A stretch of 56,970 nt of DNA. It comes from Candidatus Nanoarchaeia archaeon. GTDB lineage: Archaea; Nanobdellota; Nanobdellia; SCGC-AAA011-G17; GW2011-AR18. This document shows positions 1 to 7,236 of the stretch, in pieces (position 1 is the stretch's first letter; the number at the start of each line of letters is the position of its first letter). The position numbers and the translations under genes were made by a program. The notes under the pieces are model-generated. The model made no database searches and was not told where the DNA came from. It was given only the letters and a program-made list of their open reading frames with translations. The stretch lies in the NCBI GenBank assembly GCA_035655455.1, contig DASRUL010000005.1, positions 1-56,970 of the forward strand. Reading direction: 5' to 3'.

Positions 1-827
1 TCAGTCGCAATATACGCGCCAGAAAAACCAGCGGTACAAGGAAGCATCATCTCACGCTTCCTCAAATACTTCGCAGCAATCTTCAAATGCATCTTCTCCA
101 CATGATCATGCTTCTCCCTCACCTCAAAATTCTCAGCAAACCAATCAAACATTTTCGCAGGCTCCTCTCCGACCAATGGCTTAATATCAGTATTCTCATA
201 GTACGTCTCAGACGTCTGCGTGAACGTTAACACGCCAATATCCTTCGCGAACTCCTTGTAAAACTCCTTAAACACGGCCATATTCTGGGTGTGCACTGTC
301 GATTGGTAGCGCACTGAAACACCAATCTCTTTTAGGGCATGAAACGTCTTAATCGCCCGTTGCCAGCCGTCCTTCATCCCCCTAATTTGATTATGGACAT
401 CCTGAGGACCATCCAACGAAATCGTAATATGGCACTCCAATCCCGTGTTCATCAACTCTCTTGTTTTCTCCACAATCCTCTCTGTCCAAAATCCATTCGT
501 CGGAATTGACAACAGCCTCACCTCAGGGCAATGCTCTACAGCGAGCTGGGCAATCTTGTCAATATCAGGCCTGGTAAAGGGCTCACCGCCTGTTAGCGAA
601 AGCCAAAACACGTTCTCATTCTCCTTAAACAGCCTTTCATAGTCTTCTAAGGAAAGAAACTGTTTATTCGGCGAAGACCAGATTGAACAATTTACACACT
701 TGTTATTACATACTTTTGTGGTTTCAACCAAGAGCTTCCAGGGCAGAGGAAGGTCAAGCCCCCAATCCCTCGCAAGCCTCGTGTGGGCGATCTTTTTCGC
801 AAAAACAGGATAGTCTAGAGCTTGCAT
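1..827 (-). CDS. radical SAM enzyme (SPASM/twitch-type family), 3' end beyond window edge
   Basis: Absent from the ORF track because no stop lies in the window. Minus-strand reading from the ATG at 825-827 gives MQALDYPVFAKKIAHTRLARDWGLDLPLPWKLLVETTKVCNNKCVNCSIWSSPNKQF...LSLTGGEPFTRPDI...ISLDGPQDVHNQIRG. CNNKCVNC is the CxxxCxxC cluster motif. Collinear paralog of 7237..8370. Confidence 0.8.
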   Translation of the reverse strand, partial: MQALDYPVFAKKIAHTRLARDWGLDLPLPWKLLVETTKVCNNKCVNCSIWSSPNKQFLSLEDYERLFKENENVFWLSLTGGEPFTRPDIDKIAQLAVEHCPEVRLLSIPTNGFWTERIVEKTRELMNTGLECHITISLDGPQDVHNQIRGMKDGWQRAIKTFHALKEIGVSVRYQSTVHTQNMAVFKEFYKEFAKDIGVLTFTQTSETYYENTDIKPLVGEEPAKMFDWFAENFEVREKHDHVEKMHLKIAAKYLRKREMMLPCTAGFSGAYIAT

Positions 828-855
828 TGGTAACCAATAAAAGAGAAACGGTTAA

Positions 856-863
856 GATATAAA
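856..863 (-). promoter_or_regulatory. archaeal-type TATA box candidate for gene 1..827
   Basis: Minus strand reads TTTATATC about 30 nt upstream of the ATG at 827. The same spacing recurs at most first-in-operon genes in this window. Confidence 0.4.
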
Positions 864-870
864 TAGTTAA

Positions 871-901
871 CTGAATGGTGAGCTGTAAAGTAAACGTCTG
901 G
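871..901. repeat. left end of cargo element 1: 8-bp direct repeat CTGAATGG (871-878) plus terminal inverted repeat (879-901)
   Basis: TGAGCTGTAAAGTAAACGTCTGG at 879-901 matches the reverse complement of 3671-3693 (TGAGCTGTAAAGTTGGCGTCTGG) at 20/23 positions, with the first 13 perfect. CTGAATGG is repeated directly at 3694-3701. Confidence 0.6.
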
Positions 902-917
902 AGTTTTGAACAAAAAA

Positions 918-1079
918 TTAATTTTTCTTAACTATCAGCTTATTTTCTTTAATTTCAACTCCTAATTCCTGTCCTTCTTTCCATTTTAGTTCTTCCACGA
1001 TATTTGGAGGGATAACTAAAACCCACTTAGCATATTCTCTATCGCCAACCTTTCTAGAAAGTTGTTTTTGCAGTTTCAT
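918..1079 (-). CDS. AbrB/SpoVT (MazE-like) small DNA-binding protein, 53 aa
   Basis: Below the ORF-track size cutoff. My translation: MKLQKQLSRKVGDREYAKWVLVIPPNIVEELKWKEGQELGVEIKENKLIVKKN. The (I/V)PxxIxxxLxxxxGxxLxxxxxxxxIxI pattern is typical of swapped-hairpin AbrB-type antitoxins/regulators. TATA-like ATTTAAATATAAG (minus strand) lies ~21-33 nt upstream. Confidence 0.6.
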   Translation of the reverse strand: MKLQKQLSRKVGDREYAKWVLVIPPNIVEELKWKEGQELGVEIKENKLIVKKN

Positions 1080-1112
1080 AATATAAAGTAGAATCGACTT
1101 ATATTTAAATTT

Positions 1113-1702
1113 TTAGGTACCAACGGCTCTGTAGAAAGTTAGAATGAAGACCGCTTGGCGGTCTTTAAGTATTAGGCTGTATGTGAGATATTTTCCGTAG
1201 CAATTTCTGGCTTGTTGCCAGAATGTTCGACCACGAAGAGTGTGACCAAAAACCGCTTTGATTGTATGGTTGTTACTTTCTGAATGAGCTCGAAGTGTGT
1301 AGATTTTTGGAAGACCTTTTTTTTTAATTTCTTGCGGTGTTCACCTTTTGTTCTCCAGATAGGAACTTCTAGATATTTTGGGGGGACGAATGATCGTCCT
1401 CCTACGCGAGCAATTTGCTCATGAAATTTCTCAGCGTCAAATTCTTTATCCGCAAGAACGTTCTTTCTTTTAAAGCTGGGAAGAAGTTCTGGAATGTCTT
1501 TCATTCCGTGTCGTTCTCTCGTACGAAGAAAGACATCTGGAACAAGATCGCATCGTGGGCAAATTACCACGCTTACCTTTCTTCCTTTGAATTTGCGTAT
1601 ATCTCTGCCAATCCGAGCGAGATAGCTTGCGCACGGATTTGTGGTTTGAAAATAGGTGGGATCTAAACTTCTAAGTTTATATTCAGTAGTCGCAAGAACA
1701 CT
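1113..1702 (-). pseudogene. IS4/IS5-type DDE transposase, C-terminal part (no start codon, frameshifted)
   Basis: The frame of ORF 1172..1570 stays open upstream to 1702 (SVLATTEYKLRSLDPTYFQTTNPCASYLARIGRDIRKFKGRKVSVVICPRCDLVP...LADKEFDAEKFHEQI...). The family-typical C-terminus YTLRAHSESNNHTIKAVFGHTLRGRTFWQQARN is in another frame downstream of an A9 run (T9 on + strand, 1317-1325) and runs into the IR. Confidence 0.65.
1125..1142. repeat. IS5-like terminal inverted repeat (left)
   Basis: GGCTCTGTAGAAAGTTAG. Partner at 2789-2806. Confidence 0.65.
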
Positions 1703-1768
1703 CTACTCCTTTAGGTCTGAGTGAATTGCGTGTAGAACAAAGCTTTTTCTAGTTAAAAAATAAAAAAA

Positions 1769-1795
1769 GTAGCGTAGCGTCAGACGCTACGCTAC
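1769..1795 (+). repeat. perfect 11-bp-stem hairpin upstream of tnpA (left-end structure of the IS200-like element)
   Basis: GTAGCGTAGCG-tcaga-CGCTACGCTAC. Confidence 0.6.
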
Positions 1796-1861
1796 TTGAA
1801 AGACATAAGCTAGTGTGAACTATCACTCTTTCTATAAAAACTTTGCGTCAGGAAAAAAAAC

Positions 1862-2344
1862 ATGAAAAACGGAATAGAACTAGTAAGAACAAGCTCAACT
1901 GTAGGAGAAATAAACCTTCACTTACAGTTAACACCAGCATACAGAAGAGACATCTTCTCCAACGAACAAGTAAAGGAGCTAACAAAAACATACTTCCTGG
2001 AGAAAGCAAAGAAACTCGGAATAATTATCGCCGCCTTAGACTTCGGTCCTGACCACTTCCACGCTTTCATAAGCAACTGGAAACATCACAGCGTTGAAAA
2101 ACTCGCTAACGAACTCAAAGGATTCACAAGCTACATGATGCGCAAGCATCATTGGGACTTATTCAGAAATAAACTTTGGGGAAACAAATTTTGGAGCGAA
2201 GGATACTTCTACAGAACAGTTGGAATAGTAACAGCAGAAGCAGTAAAATACTACGTAGAACACGGACAACAAAAACACTGGCAAGCAGTAGATTATGCTT
2301 ACTACAAAGACAAACAACAAGCCCTCCTCGCACAATTTTCTTAA
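1862..2344 (+). CDS. tnpA: IS200-type Y1 HUH transposase TnpA
   Basis: 160 aa. HUH motif in PDHFHAFI. Catalytic-Tyr region FWSEGYFYRTVG matches the IS200 pattern FW.RGY...TVG. AGGA-type RBS upstream. Confidence 0.8.
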   Translation: MKNGIELVRTSSTVGEINLHLQLTPAYRRDIFSNEQVKELTKTYFLEKAKKLGIIIAALDFGPDHFHAFISNWKHHSVEKLANELKGFTSYMMRKHHWDLFRNKLWGNKFWSEGYFYRTVGIVTAEAVKYYVEHGQQKHWQAVDYAYYKDKQQALLAQFS

Positions 2345-2358
2345 TAGAGGATTCACTT

Positions 2359-2407
2359 GGTAGGAGCTTTAGCTCCTCCCAACGACGCTCAGCCCTTTAG
2401 GGCTGAG
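2359..2407 (+). repeat. two TTTA-loop hairpins downstream of tnpA (right-end structures)
   Basis: GG(t)AGGAGC-TTTA-GCTCCTCC at 2359-2379 and CTCAGCCC-TTTA-GGGCTGAG at 2388-2407. Confidence 0.55.
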
Positions 2408-2446
2408 TAGTTCACGTTTGCATTTTCCTGACTCTTGCGCAGACTA

Positions 2447-2719
2447 GAGCAAGAGTCGTGGAGGAAGGCGTGCGAATGCCTTCTGAAGAGTTGTCCAATG
2501 GGGTTCTTCCTTGAGATTAATTGTTTTGGATTCAAGCAAGAAAGCTACAAAACGGCGGTAGCTTTTATCTTCGATCGAGAAGAAAACAAAGAACACGCAA
2601 ACAGTATGCACATCAAACTTTTCATTCCTTCTTTTACTCCAATGTTTTGGCACTCCAAAGCGGCTTACTAGCCGTTGCGTCTGAGACGCAATATTCTTAT
2701 AACTAAACACCTCTTTCAT
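2447..2719 (-). pseudogene. IS4/IS5-type DDE transposase, N-terminal part
   Basis: 91-aa ORF ...IEDKSYRRFVAFLLESKTINLKEEPHWTTLQKAFARLPPRLLL ends at a stop created at the IS200-like junction. The pattern YRxxxxxL...(P)HxTTLxKxxxRL is typical of the N-termini of these transposases. Confidence 0.55.
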
Positions 2720-2788
2720 CTATTCCTCCTAAATCGAATTTAGCGATTTTGTTTAGGAGGAAAGAGAGGGCACCGCCCTCTCTTAAAA

Positions 2789-2806
2789 CTTACTTTCTAC
2801 TGAGCC
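2789..2806. repeat. IS5-like terminal inverted repeat (right)
   Basis: CTTACTTTCTACTGAGCC is the reverse complement of GGCTCAGTAGAAAGTAAG. Confidence 0.65.
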
Positions 2807-2842
2807 AAAAGTAGCGGAAGCTTTAAATATAAGTTAATATTT

Positions 2843-2866
2843 AATAGTTACAAATTAATAACTATT
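2843..2866 (+). promoter_or_regulatory. palindromic operator candidate upstream of the TA pair
   Basis: AATAGTTA-caaattaa-TAACTATT (8-bp arms) ends 1 nt before the GTG at 2868 and 10 nt before the ATG at 2877. Confidence 0.35.
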
Positions 2867-2867
2867 A

Positions 2868-3137
2868 GTGACTAAAATGCAAGAACTCGAACATTCCCCA
2901 ACTTTGAACACGGTACTTATGGTAGAAGACACTCTGAAAAATATGAATGAAAGTGTCATAACCGTTGCAGAGCTTAAACACCGCCTTCCACGTCAAGTAA
3001 ACCACAATACTCTTAAAATCATTCTTGAATATCTTGAATTAAGCAATAAAATTCTGGTTACAATACGAGGCATAACCTGGATACACAACCCCAATCCAAA
3101 CCTCCAAAAAGCAATTTCCGAGGGACTCGAATTATGA
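2868..3137 (+). CDS. small winged-helix-like protein, putative antitoxin
   Basis: 89-aa ORF (an alternative ATG start at 2877). Its stop overlaps the start of the RelE-like gene (ATGA at 3134-3137). ITVAELKHRL...NTLKIILEYLELSNKILV looks like a wHTH. Confidence 0.5.
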   Translation: MTKMQELEHSPTLNTVLMVEDTLKNMNESVITVAELKHRLPRQVNHNTLKIILEYLELSNKILVTIRGITWIHNPNPNLQKAISEGLEL

Positions 3138-3487
3138 AAATAGTGCGCGTAAAACTATCGCCAGAAGCAGAAGAGGTGTACAAACATCTTAATGAAGAAG
3201 CTCCTACATCCAAAACGGAACGGATGATTCTCAAAGCAGTTAATCAAAAGGTTGAACTGATTAAGACCAATCCCCACTACGGCGATCCCATAGGAAAAGA
3301 TAAAATTCCTGATGAATACCTCCAAAAGTATACTGCAAAAAATCTCTTTCGTGTAGAACTTCCTGCTTTTTGGAGAATGTTATACACTTTAACCGAGGGA
3401 GAAAGTGAAATAGAGATTATCGCTTTTGTTCTCGATGTGATTGATCATAAAGAATACAATAAAAAGTTTGGTTATAGAGGAATCTAG
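3134..3487 (+). CDS. RelE/ParE-superfamily toxin-like protein
   Basis: 117 aa. NLFRVELPAFWRMLYTLTEGESEIEIIAFVLDVIDHKEY fits the RelE/ParE core pattern (lyr.rl..yRliY.v......i.i..i..H..Y). Translationally coupled to the upstream small gene. Confidence 0.65.
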   Translation: MKIVRVKLSPEAEEVYKHLNEEAPTSKTERMILKAVNQKVELIKTNPHYGDPIGKDKIPDEYLQKYTAKNLFRVELPAFWRMLYTLTEGESEIEIIAFVLDVIDHKEYNKKFGYRGI

Positions 3488-3644
3488 CGCCCCACCTACT
3501 AATTTTACTCTGCCATGCAGTAATCTAATCTTCTCAAAGTAAGAAAAAACTCCGGCAACAACTAGATTCTCGGCGGACTCGCAACTCGAAATTTTTGCCT
3601 TCGGCATCGTTGCACTAAAATTTCGTCTCCCCTTCGGTCAGAGA

Positions 3645-3671
3645 GTATAACAGCGATCGCATATGTTATAC
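3645..3671. repeat. subterminal hairpin abutting the right TIR of element 1
   Basis: GTATAACA-gcgatcgcata-TGTTATAC. The loop contains the palindrome GCGATCGC. Confidence 0.4.
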
Positions 3672-3701
3672 CAGACGCCAACTTTACAGCTCACTGAATG
3701 G
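3671..3701. repeat. right end of cargo element 1: TIR (3671-3693) plus direct repeat CTGAATGG (3694-3701)
   Basis: See 871..901. Confidence 0.6.
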
Positions 3702-3785
3702 CTCTTTTTTAAAAATAGCAAGATCGCTTACAACGTTACTTTGTCTTTATTCTTTAGTTGTGTTTTCATAGGTCTTTAACACCCT

Positions 3786-5174
3786 CTAAAGCGACGCAAC
3801 AGCCTTCACTCCCCACCACGCCTTCTTCACCTCAAGCATCGACCTCAACTTTACAACTCTTTTTGCTATATACGCTGGCCTGAAATAAAACTCCTTATAC
3901 GCCCTCTTTAGCAAGTCTTGAAGCTCCTCAGGCCGCATCGAATTCGGGACAAACACCATATGATTCTCTGTTCTCTTACTCAAGTCCTGATCGACAATCG
4001 TTCCTGTCTCAGTAGCAATCCTGTCAAACTCTGTTCCTGGCAACGGGGTCATCGGAAAGAACTTTACATAATCAGGATCAAGCTTCTTAATCTCTCTAAT
4101 CGTTTCAAGGCCTTCCTGATAAGTCTCACCGGGCGTTCCGAAGATAAAAGAGCATTCGCTCTCAATCCCAAACTCCTTACACCCTTTAATCGCGGCATGA
4201 ATCTGAGGAACAAGTACACCTTTCTTTAGCGTGTTTAACTGCTTTTGATTCATCGATTCCACCCCAAAGAAGATTTTCCAACACCCAGCATCAGCCATCC
4301 TCTCCAAGAGCTCCCTATCTAACGTGTTCACACGAGAATTACAGCACCACACAAGGTCCCAGCTCTCTTTTTTAATCAAATCCATCATCTCCAAGACCCT
4401 CTTCTTATTCAACGTAAACGTGTCATCCCAAAACGTGATGTCCTTTACCTTGTATTCATTGACTAAAACCCTCATCTCTTCCAACACATTCTGCGGTGAT
4501 CTGAAATAGGCCTTCGTGTTTCCAGAAGAGCAAAAAATACATTGGTATGGACAACCTCTTGTCGTAATCATATTCGTGACAGGCAGGCGCTTATACTGCT
4601 CCAGCGCTGGAACGTAATCATGGATATTCACAAGATGACGCGCAGGAAAAGGGATCTCGTCCAAATTCGTCAACCTCGGCGCGGGAGGACCAACAACAAT
4701 TCCTCCATCGCCACGAACAATCAGCCCCGTCATCCCAGCCAACGGCTTTCTTTGTTCTAAGGCGTTCGCTAGATTTTCCATCGCAAACTCAGCCTCACCC
4801 AACAACGCAGCGTCAATAGAGCTACACTCCCACAAGGCCTTTTCCTTAATTTGGCTTACATGATGACCACCAACAGCAATAAACGTATTAGGATGTCTCG
4901 CTTTCAAATCCATACACCATGTCTTCACCTTCTCCCATAAAAACGTCATCACATTCAACGCCACGATATCAGGCTCAAACTTATAAATCGCATCATTCAT
5001 CTCAAAAATATCCTTCATCGACCCATCAAGAACAATCACCTTATGACCAGCCTTCTCCAACACGGCAGCAATATATAAAATTCCCAACGGTGGAAAGGTT
5101 CCAGCAGCCTTCGCGATCGCCTTGTTATACCTTTCCTCAAACGAATGCGGAGGAAGAACCAACGCAATTTTCAT
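3786..5174 (-). CDS. B12-binding (class B) radical SAM enzyme
   Basis: N-terminal B12-binding-domain pattern (MKIALVLPP...PPLGILYIAAVLEKAGHKVIVLDG) and cluster motif TTRGCPYQCIFCSS. ATG at 5174 preferred over the track's TTG at 5189. Confidence 0.8.
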   Translation of the reverse strand: MKIALVLPPHSFEERYNKAIAKAAGTFPPLGILYIAAVLEKAGHKVIVLDGSMKDIFEMNDAIYKFEPDIVALNVMTFLWEKVKTWCMDLKARHPNTFIAVGGHHVSQIKEKALWECSSIDAALLGEAEFAMENLANALEQRKPLAGMTGLIVRGDGGIVVGPPAPRLTNLDEIPFPARHLVNIHDYVPALEQYKRLPVTNMITTRGCPYQCIFCSSGNTKAYFRSPQNVLEEMRVLVNEYKVKDITFWDDTFTLNKKRVLEMMDLIKKESWDLVWCCNSRVNTLDRELLERMADAGCWKIFFGVESMNQKQLNTLKKGVLVPQIHAAIKGCKEFGIESECSFIFGTPGETYQEGLETIREIKKLDPDYVKFFPMTPLPGTEFDRIATETGTIVDQDLSKRTENHMVFVPNSMRPEELQDLLKRAYKEFYFRPAYIAKRVVKLRSMLEVKKAWWGVKAVASL

Positions 5175-5193
5175 AGCACTCTCCCGCAAGGAA

Positions 5194-7185
5194 TCATCGT
5201 TTATATGTTTTTCTCACCACAAAGAAGAGAACACTTAACCACACGAGAACGCTTGCTCCAATAAACACCCAATTCCTTGGCTTATATACGACATCCATAT
5301 CATATGCACCTTCTGGGAGCACAACACTCATCAACTTGTTCTCATCTTCAACCAGCTGCAATTCTTCACTATCTCTCAACGCTTTCCAATACGGATGATA
5401 CGCAATTTTCACCGTAACGATCCTAGCATGATTCTCTAACACTTTCAACCTGACACGCTGCTCCCCATAACTAACGACTTCAACGCCATGACCCTCTACA
5501 AGAGAAGGAACACTTTCTTTTACCTTGAATATTTTATAATTCTCAGAGGTATACACTGCCTCAAAATACTCTGAATCAGTTAACAATTTTTTCAACTTCC
5601 CCTCAACAGCAATCACATACCCAATATTAAACACCTTCATCTTTTCAACAACCTCTTCAACAGCATTATCCTCAATCTTCTTTCCAAACAAAAAAAATTC
5701 CTCAGTCTTTAATTCATCCTCCAACGGGAAAACTGTCGTGTACCAAGAACCGACATACTCATGCCCAGTATAATAATTCGCCATCGCAGGCAGGATGCTA
5801 TCAAACGTCACCAACGGCTCTTTGATGTTTCCAAAAAAGTTCTGATTCAGAATACGCGTCTCTTTTGGCACGTTTTCTTTAATCCACCCCCACATTCTTA
5901 ACGTCTCCTCAAAAATTGGCGTCTTATCAGACGTTGCAGTATAAGATTCCGGTGGATTGTACGCTCCCAACAACGCCCCAAGCACGATTATTCCACATAC
6001 TATCGCTATTCCGACTTTTTTAAATTTCCATTTCATCTCACTCAACCCAATCCCAGCAAACACAACCAAGCCAACCTTCGCCATGTACACAAACCGGTAC
6101 GACAACACCGCACCAAAAAAAGGAACATTCCTCCCCCAATCAAACAAAAACCAGAACCCTGTACCTATCACCAGCGAGACAACGACAAAGCCAGCAACCA
6201 GATTCAGAAAATCATCAGACCGCCCCCTTTTTTTATACAAAAACGCTCCTACAACAGCAAGGGCCCCTATCATCATGCCAGGAAGCGTCTTCACCATCGT
6301 AATTACCAAGGTTTTCATGATTTCCCCGAGAGCATTGCTTTCCAACACATCCACCACCAACAAGAACGGCTTCAACGAAAAAAATATCCCGATCAATTTG
6401 TACACCATCTCACCCACAGAAGAACCCAACCCCCACCCGTATTCAGTCCCAAACCAACCAAACGTCTCAACGTAAGGATACAAATAAAACAGAGACAACA
6501 ACACGCCCAATAACGCCGCAGCGCCATACCAAAACATCCCTTTGATATTATCCTTTCCTTTTTTCGCCAGCGACAAAAGCCAAGCGATACCAAGCGTATA
6601 AAACCCGGCGACTGTCACAAATGGATGCGCAAGGATAATCAAGCCAAGCAACACACCCGCCTTCACAAACGTATTTTTGTTTAGTTTCAGCCCTCCACTC
6701 GCAAGATGATCCATCAACACGATCAACAACGCAACACCTATCGCGTACGCCCACATTCCAGCAAGAAATAACTTCGCCACATCAGCCAACAACAAAAAAG
6801 AAGCAGCGCACGCCAACGCGATCTCTCCAGGAACCCTCTTCCTTAACGCAAAGAACAATGTCCACGGGATAGACAAAACCGCGAGCAAGAACCCAAGCTT
6901 GTACGCTAAAAATAGCGGGACACCAAAATTGTAGACCAACGCAACAAGCCAGATCCCTAACTGGTATGAATACATCTGCGTAGGATTTCCAGCAAGCTCA
7001 AAGGGATACCACCCATTGATCCAATGATACTTCGGAATCAGCACGTCAGCAAGATACTTCGCCTCCACCATATGCACAGGATTGTCAGACTTCACCAAAA
7101 AACCAGGACTCAAAAAAATATCCAAATAGACTAAGACACCCACTAGCACGATTACAAGATACGGAGCCAGCCTTTTGCACCACAT
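5194..7185 (-). CDS. large polytopic membrane protein, GT-C/YfhO-like architecture
   Basis: Many predicted TM helices followed by a soluble C-terminal domain ending ...KIAYHPYWKALRDSEELQLVEDENKLMSVVLPEGAYDMDVVYKP plus a final TM, which recalls YfhO-type tails. Start moved to the ATG at 7185 because the track start (7293) overlaps the divergent gene. Confidence 0.5.
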   Translation of the reverse strand: MWCKRLAPYLVIVLVGVLVYLDIFLSPGFLVKSDNPVHMVEAKYLADVLIPKYHWINGWYPFELAGNPTQMYSYQLGIWLVALVYNFGVPLFLAYKLGFLLAVLSIPWTLFFALRKRVPGEIALACAASFLLLADVAKLFLAGMWAYAIGVALLIVLMDHLASGGLKLNKNTFVKAGVLLGLIILAHPFVTVAGFYTLGIAWLLSLAKKGKDNIKGMFWYGAAALLGVLLSLFYLYPYVETFGWFGTEYGWGLGSSVGEMVYKLIGIFFSLKPFLLVVDVLESNALGEIMKTLVITMVKTLPGMMIGALAVVGAFLYKKRGRSDDFLNLVAGFVVVSLVIGTGFWFLFDWGRNVPFFGAVLSYRFVYMAKVGLVVFAGIGLSEMKWKFKKVGIAIVCGIIVLGALLGAYNPPESYTATSDKTPIFEETLRMWGWIKENVPKETRILNQNFFGNIKEPLVTFDSILPAMANYYTGHEYVGSWYTTVFPLEDELKTEEFFLFGKKIEDNAVEEVVEKMKVFNIGYVIAVEGKLKKLLTDSEYFEAVYTSENYKIFKVKESVPSLVEGHGVEVVSYGEQRVRLKVLENHARIVTVKIAYHPYWKALRDSEELQLVEDENKLMSVVLPEGAYDMDVVYKPRNWVFIGASVLVWLSVLFFVVRKTYKR

Positions 7186-7205
7186 CTTCAAGGCAAGAGA
7201 AGAAA

Positions 7206-7215
7206 GTTTTAAAAG
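7206..7215. promoter_or_regulatory. single central TATA-like box shared by divergent genes (starts 7185 and 7237)
   Basis: GTTTTAAAAG sits 21-31 nt from both start codons in a 51-bp spacer. Confidence 0.45.
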
Positions 7216-7236
7216 ACTAGCTCCTTTCCTTCCCTT

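Larger units (their letters stand above)
1703..2446 (+). mobile_element. IS200/IS605-family element (tnpA only) inserted inside the IS5-like transposase gene; boundaries approximate
   Basis: About 740 bp separate the N- and C-terminal halves of the DDE transposase reading frame. The insert contains a Y1 HUH transposase gene plus subterminal hairpins at both ends, as expected for IS200-type elements. Confidence 0.6.
1125..2806 (-). mobile_element. IS5-family-like insertion sequence, inactivated by a nested IS200-like insertion and a frameshift
   Basis: 18-bp terminal inverted repeats: GGCTCTGTAGAAAGTTAG (1125-1142) versus the reverse complement of 2789-2806, GGCTCAGTAGAAAGTAAG (16/18). Each is followed inward by a GC-rich hairpin. 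The two transposase fragments lie between them. No flanking TSD found. Confidence 0.65.
879..3693. mobile_element. TIR-bounded, TSD-flanked non-autonomous cargo element carrying an AbrB-like gene, a nested dead IS and a RelE-type TA pair
   Basis: Classic transposon architecture: 8-bp direct repeat CTGAATGG immediately outside ~23-bp inverted termini. It lies between two same-strand genes of the glycan island (B12-rSAM stop at 3786, rSAM start at 827). The only transposase inside belongs to a separately bounded, degraded IS. Confidence 0.55.

Noticed and set aside
862-870. AATAGTTAA just outside the left TSD of element 1, matching an arm of the TA operator palindrome (2843-2850).
   Set aside because: This is an 8-9-nt A/T-rich match. 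About one or two such matches are expected by chance in 57 kb on two strands.
1317-1325. The A9 run in the IS5-like transposase as a programmed frameshift site.
   Set aside because: The gene is also split by the IS200-like insertion and lacks a start for the C-terminal part. The shift is near the C-terminus rather than between two functional domains. Decay is more likely, though slippage cannot be excluded.
3389-3607. 72-aa minus-strand ORF downstream of the TA pair, and 1415..1666 (+) and 2435..2706 (+) ORFs in the IS region.
   Set aside because: They are antisense to or overlap the RelE-like gene or the transposase fragments, with no motifs or start context. They are likely spurious.
5957-6475. 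Long + strand ORFs antisense to minus-strand genes (for example 5957..6475 at 172 aa, 12060..12575, 27043..27390, 37356..37739, 46924..47511 at 195 aa).
   Set aside because: They lie fully inside well-supported genes on the other strand or in another frame. Their products are low-complexity P/T/S/N/K-rich strings. They are explained by the G-poor + strand, which depletes TAG and TGA stops.
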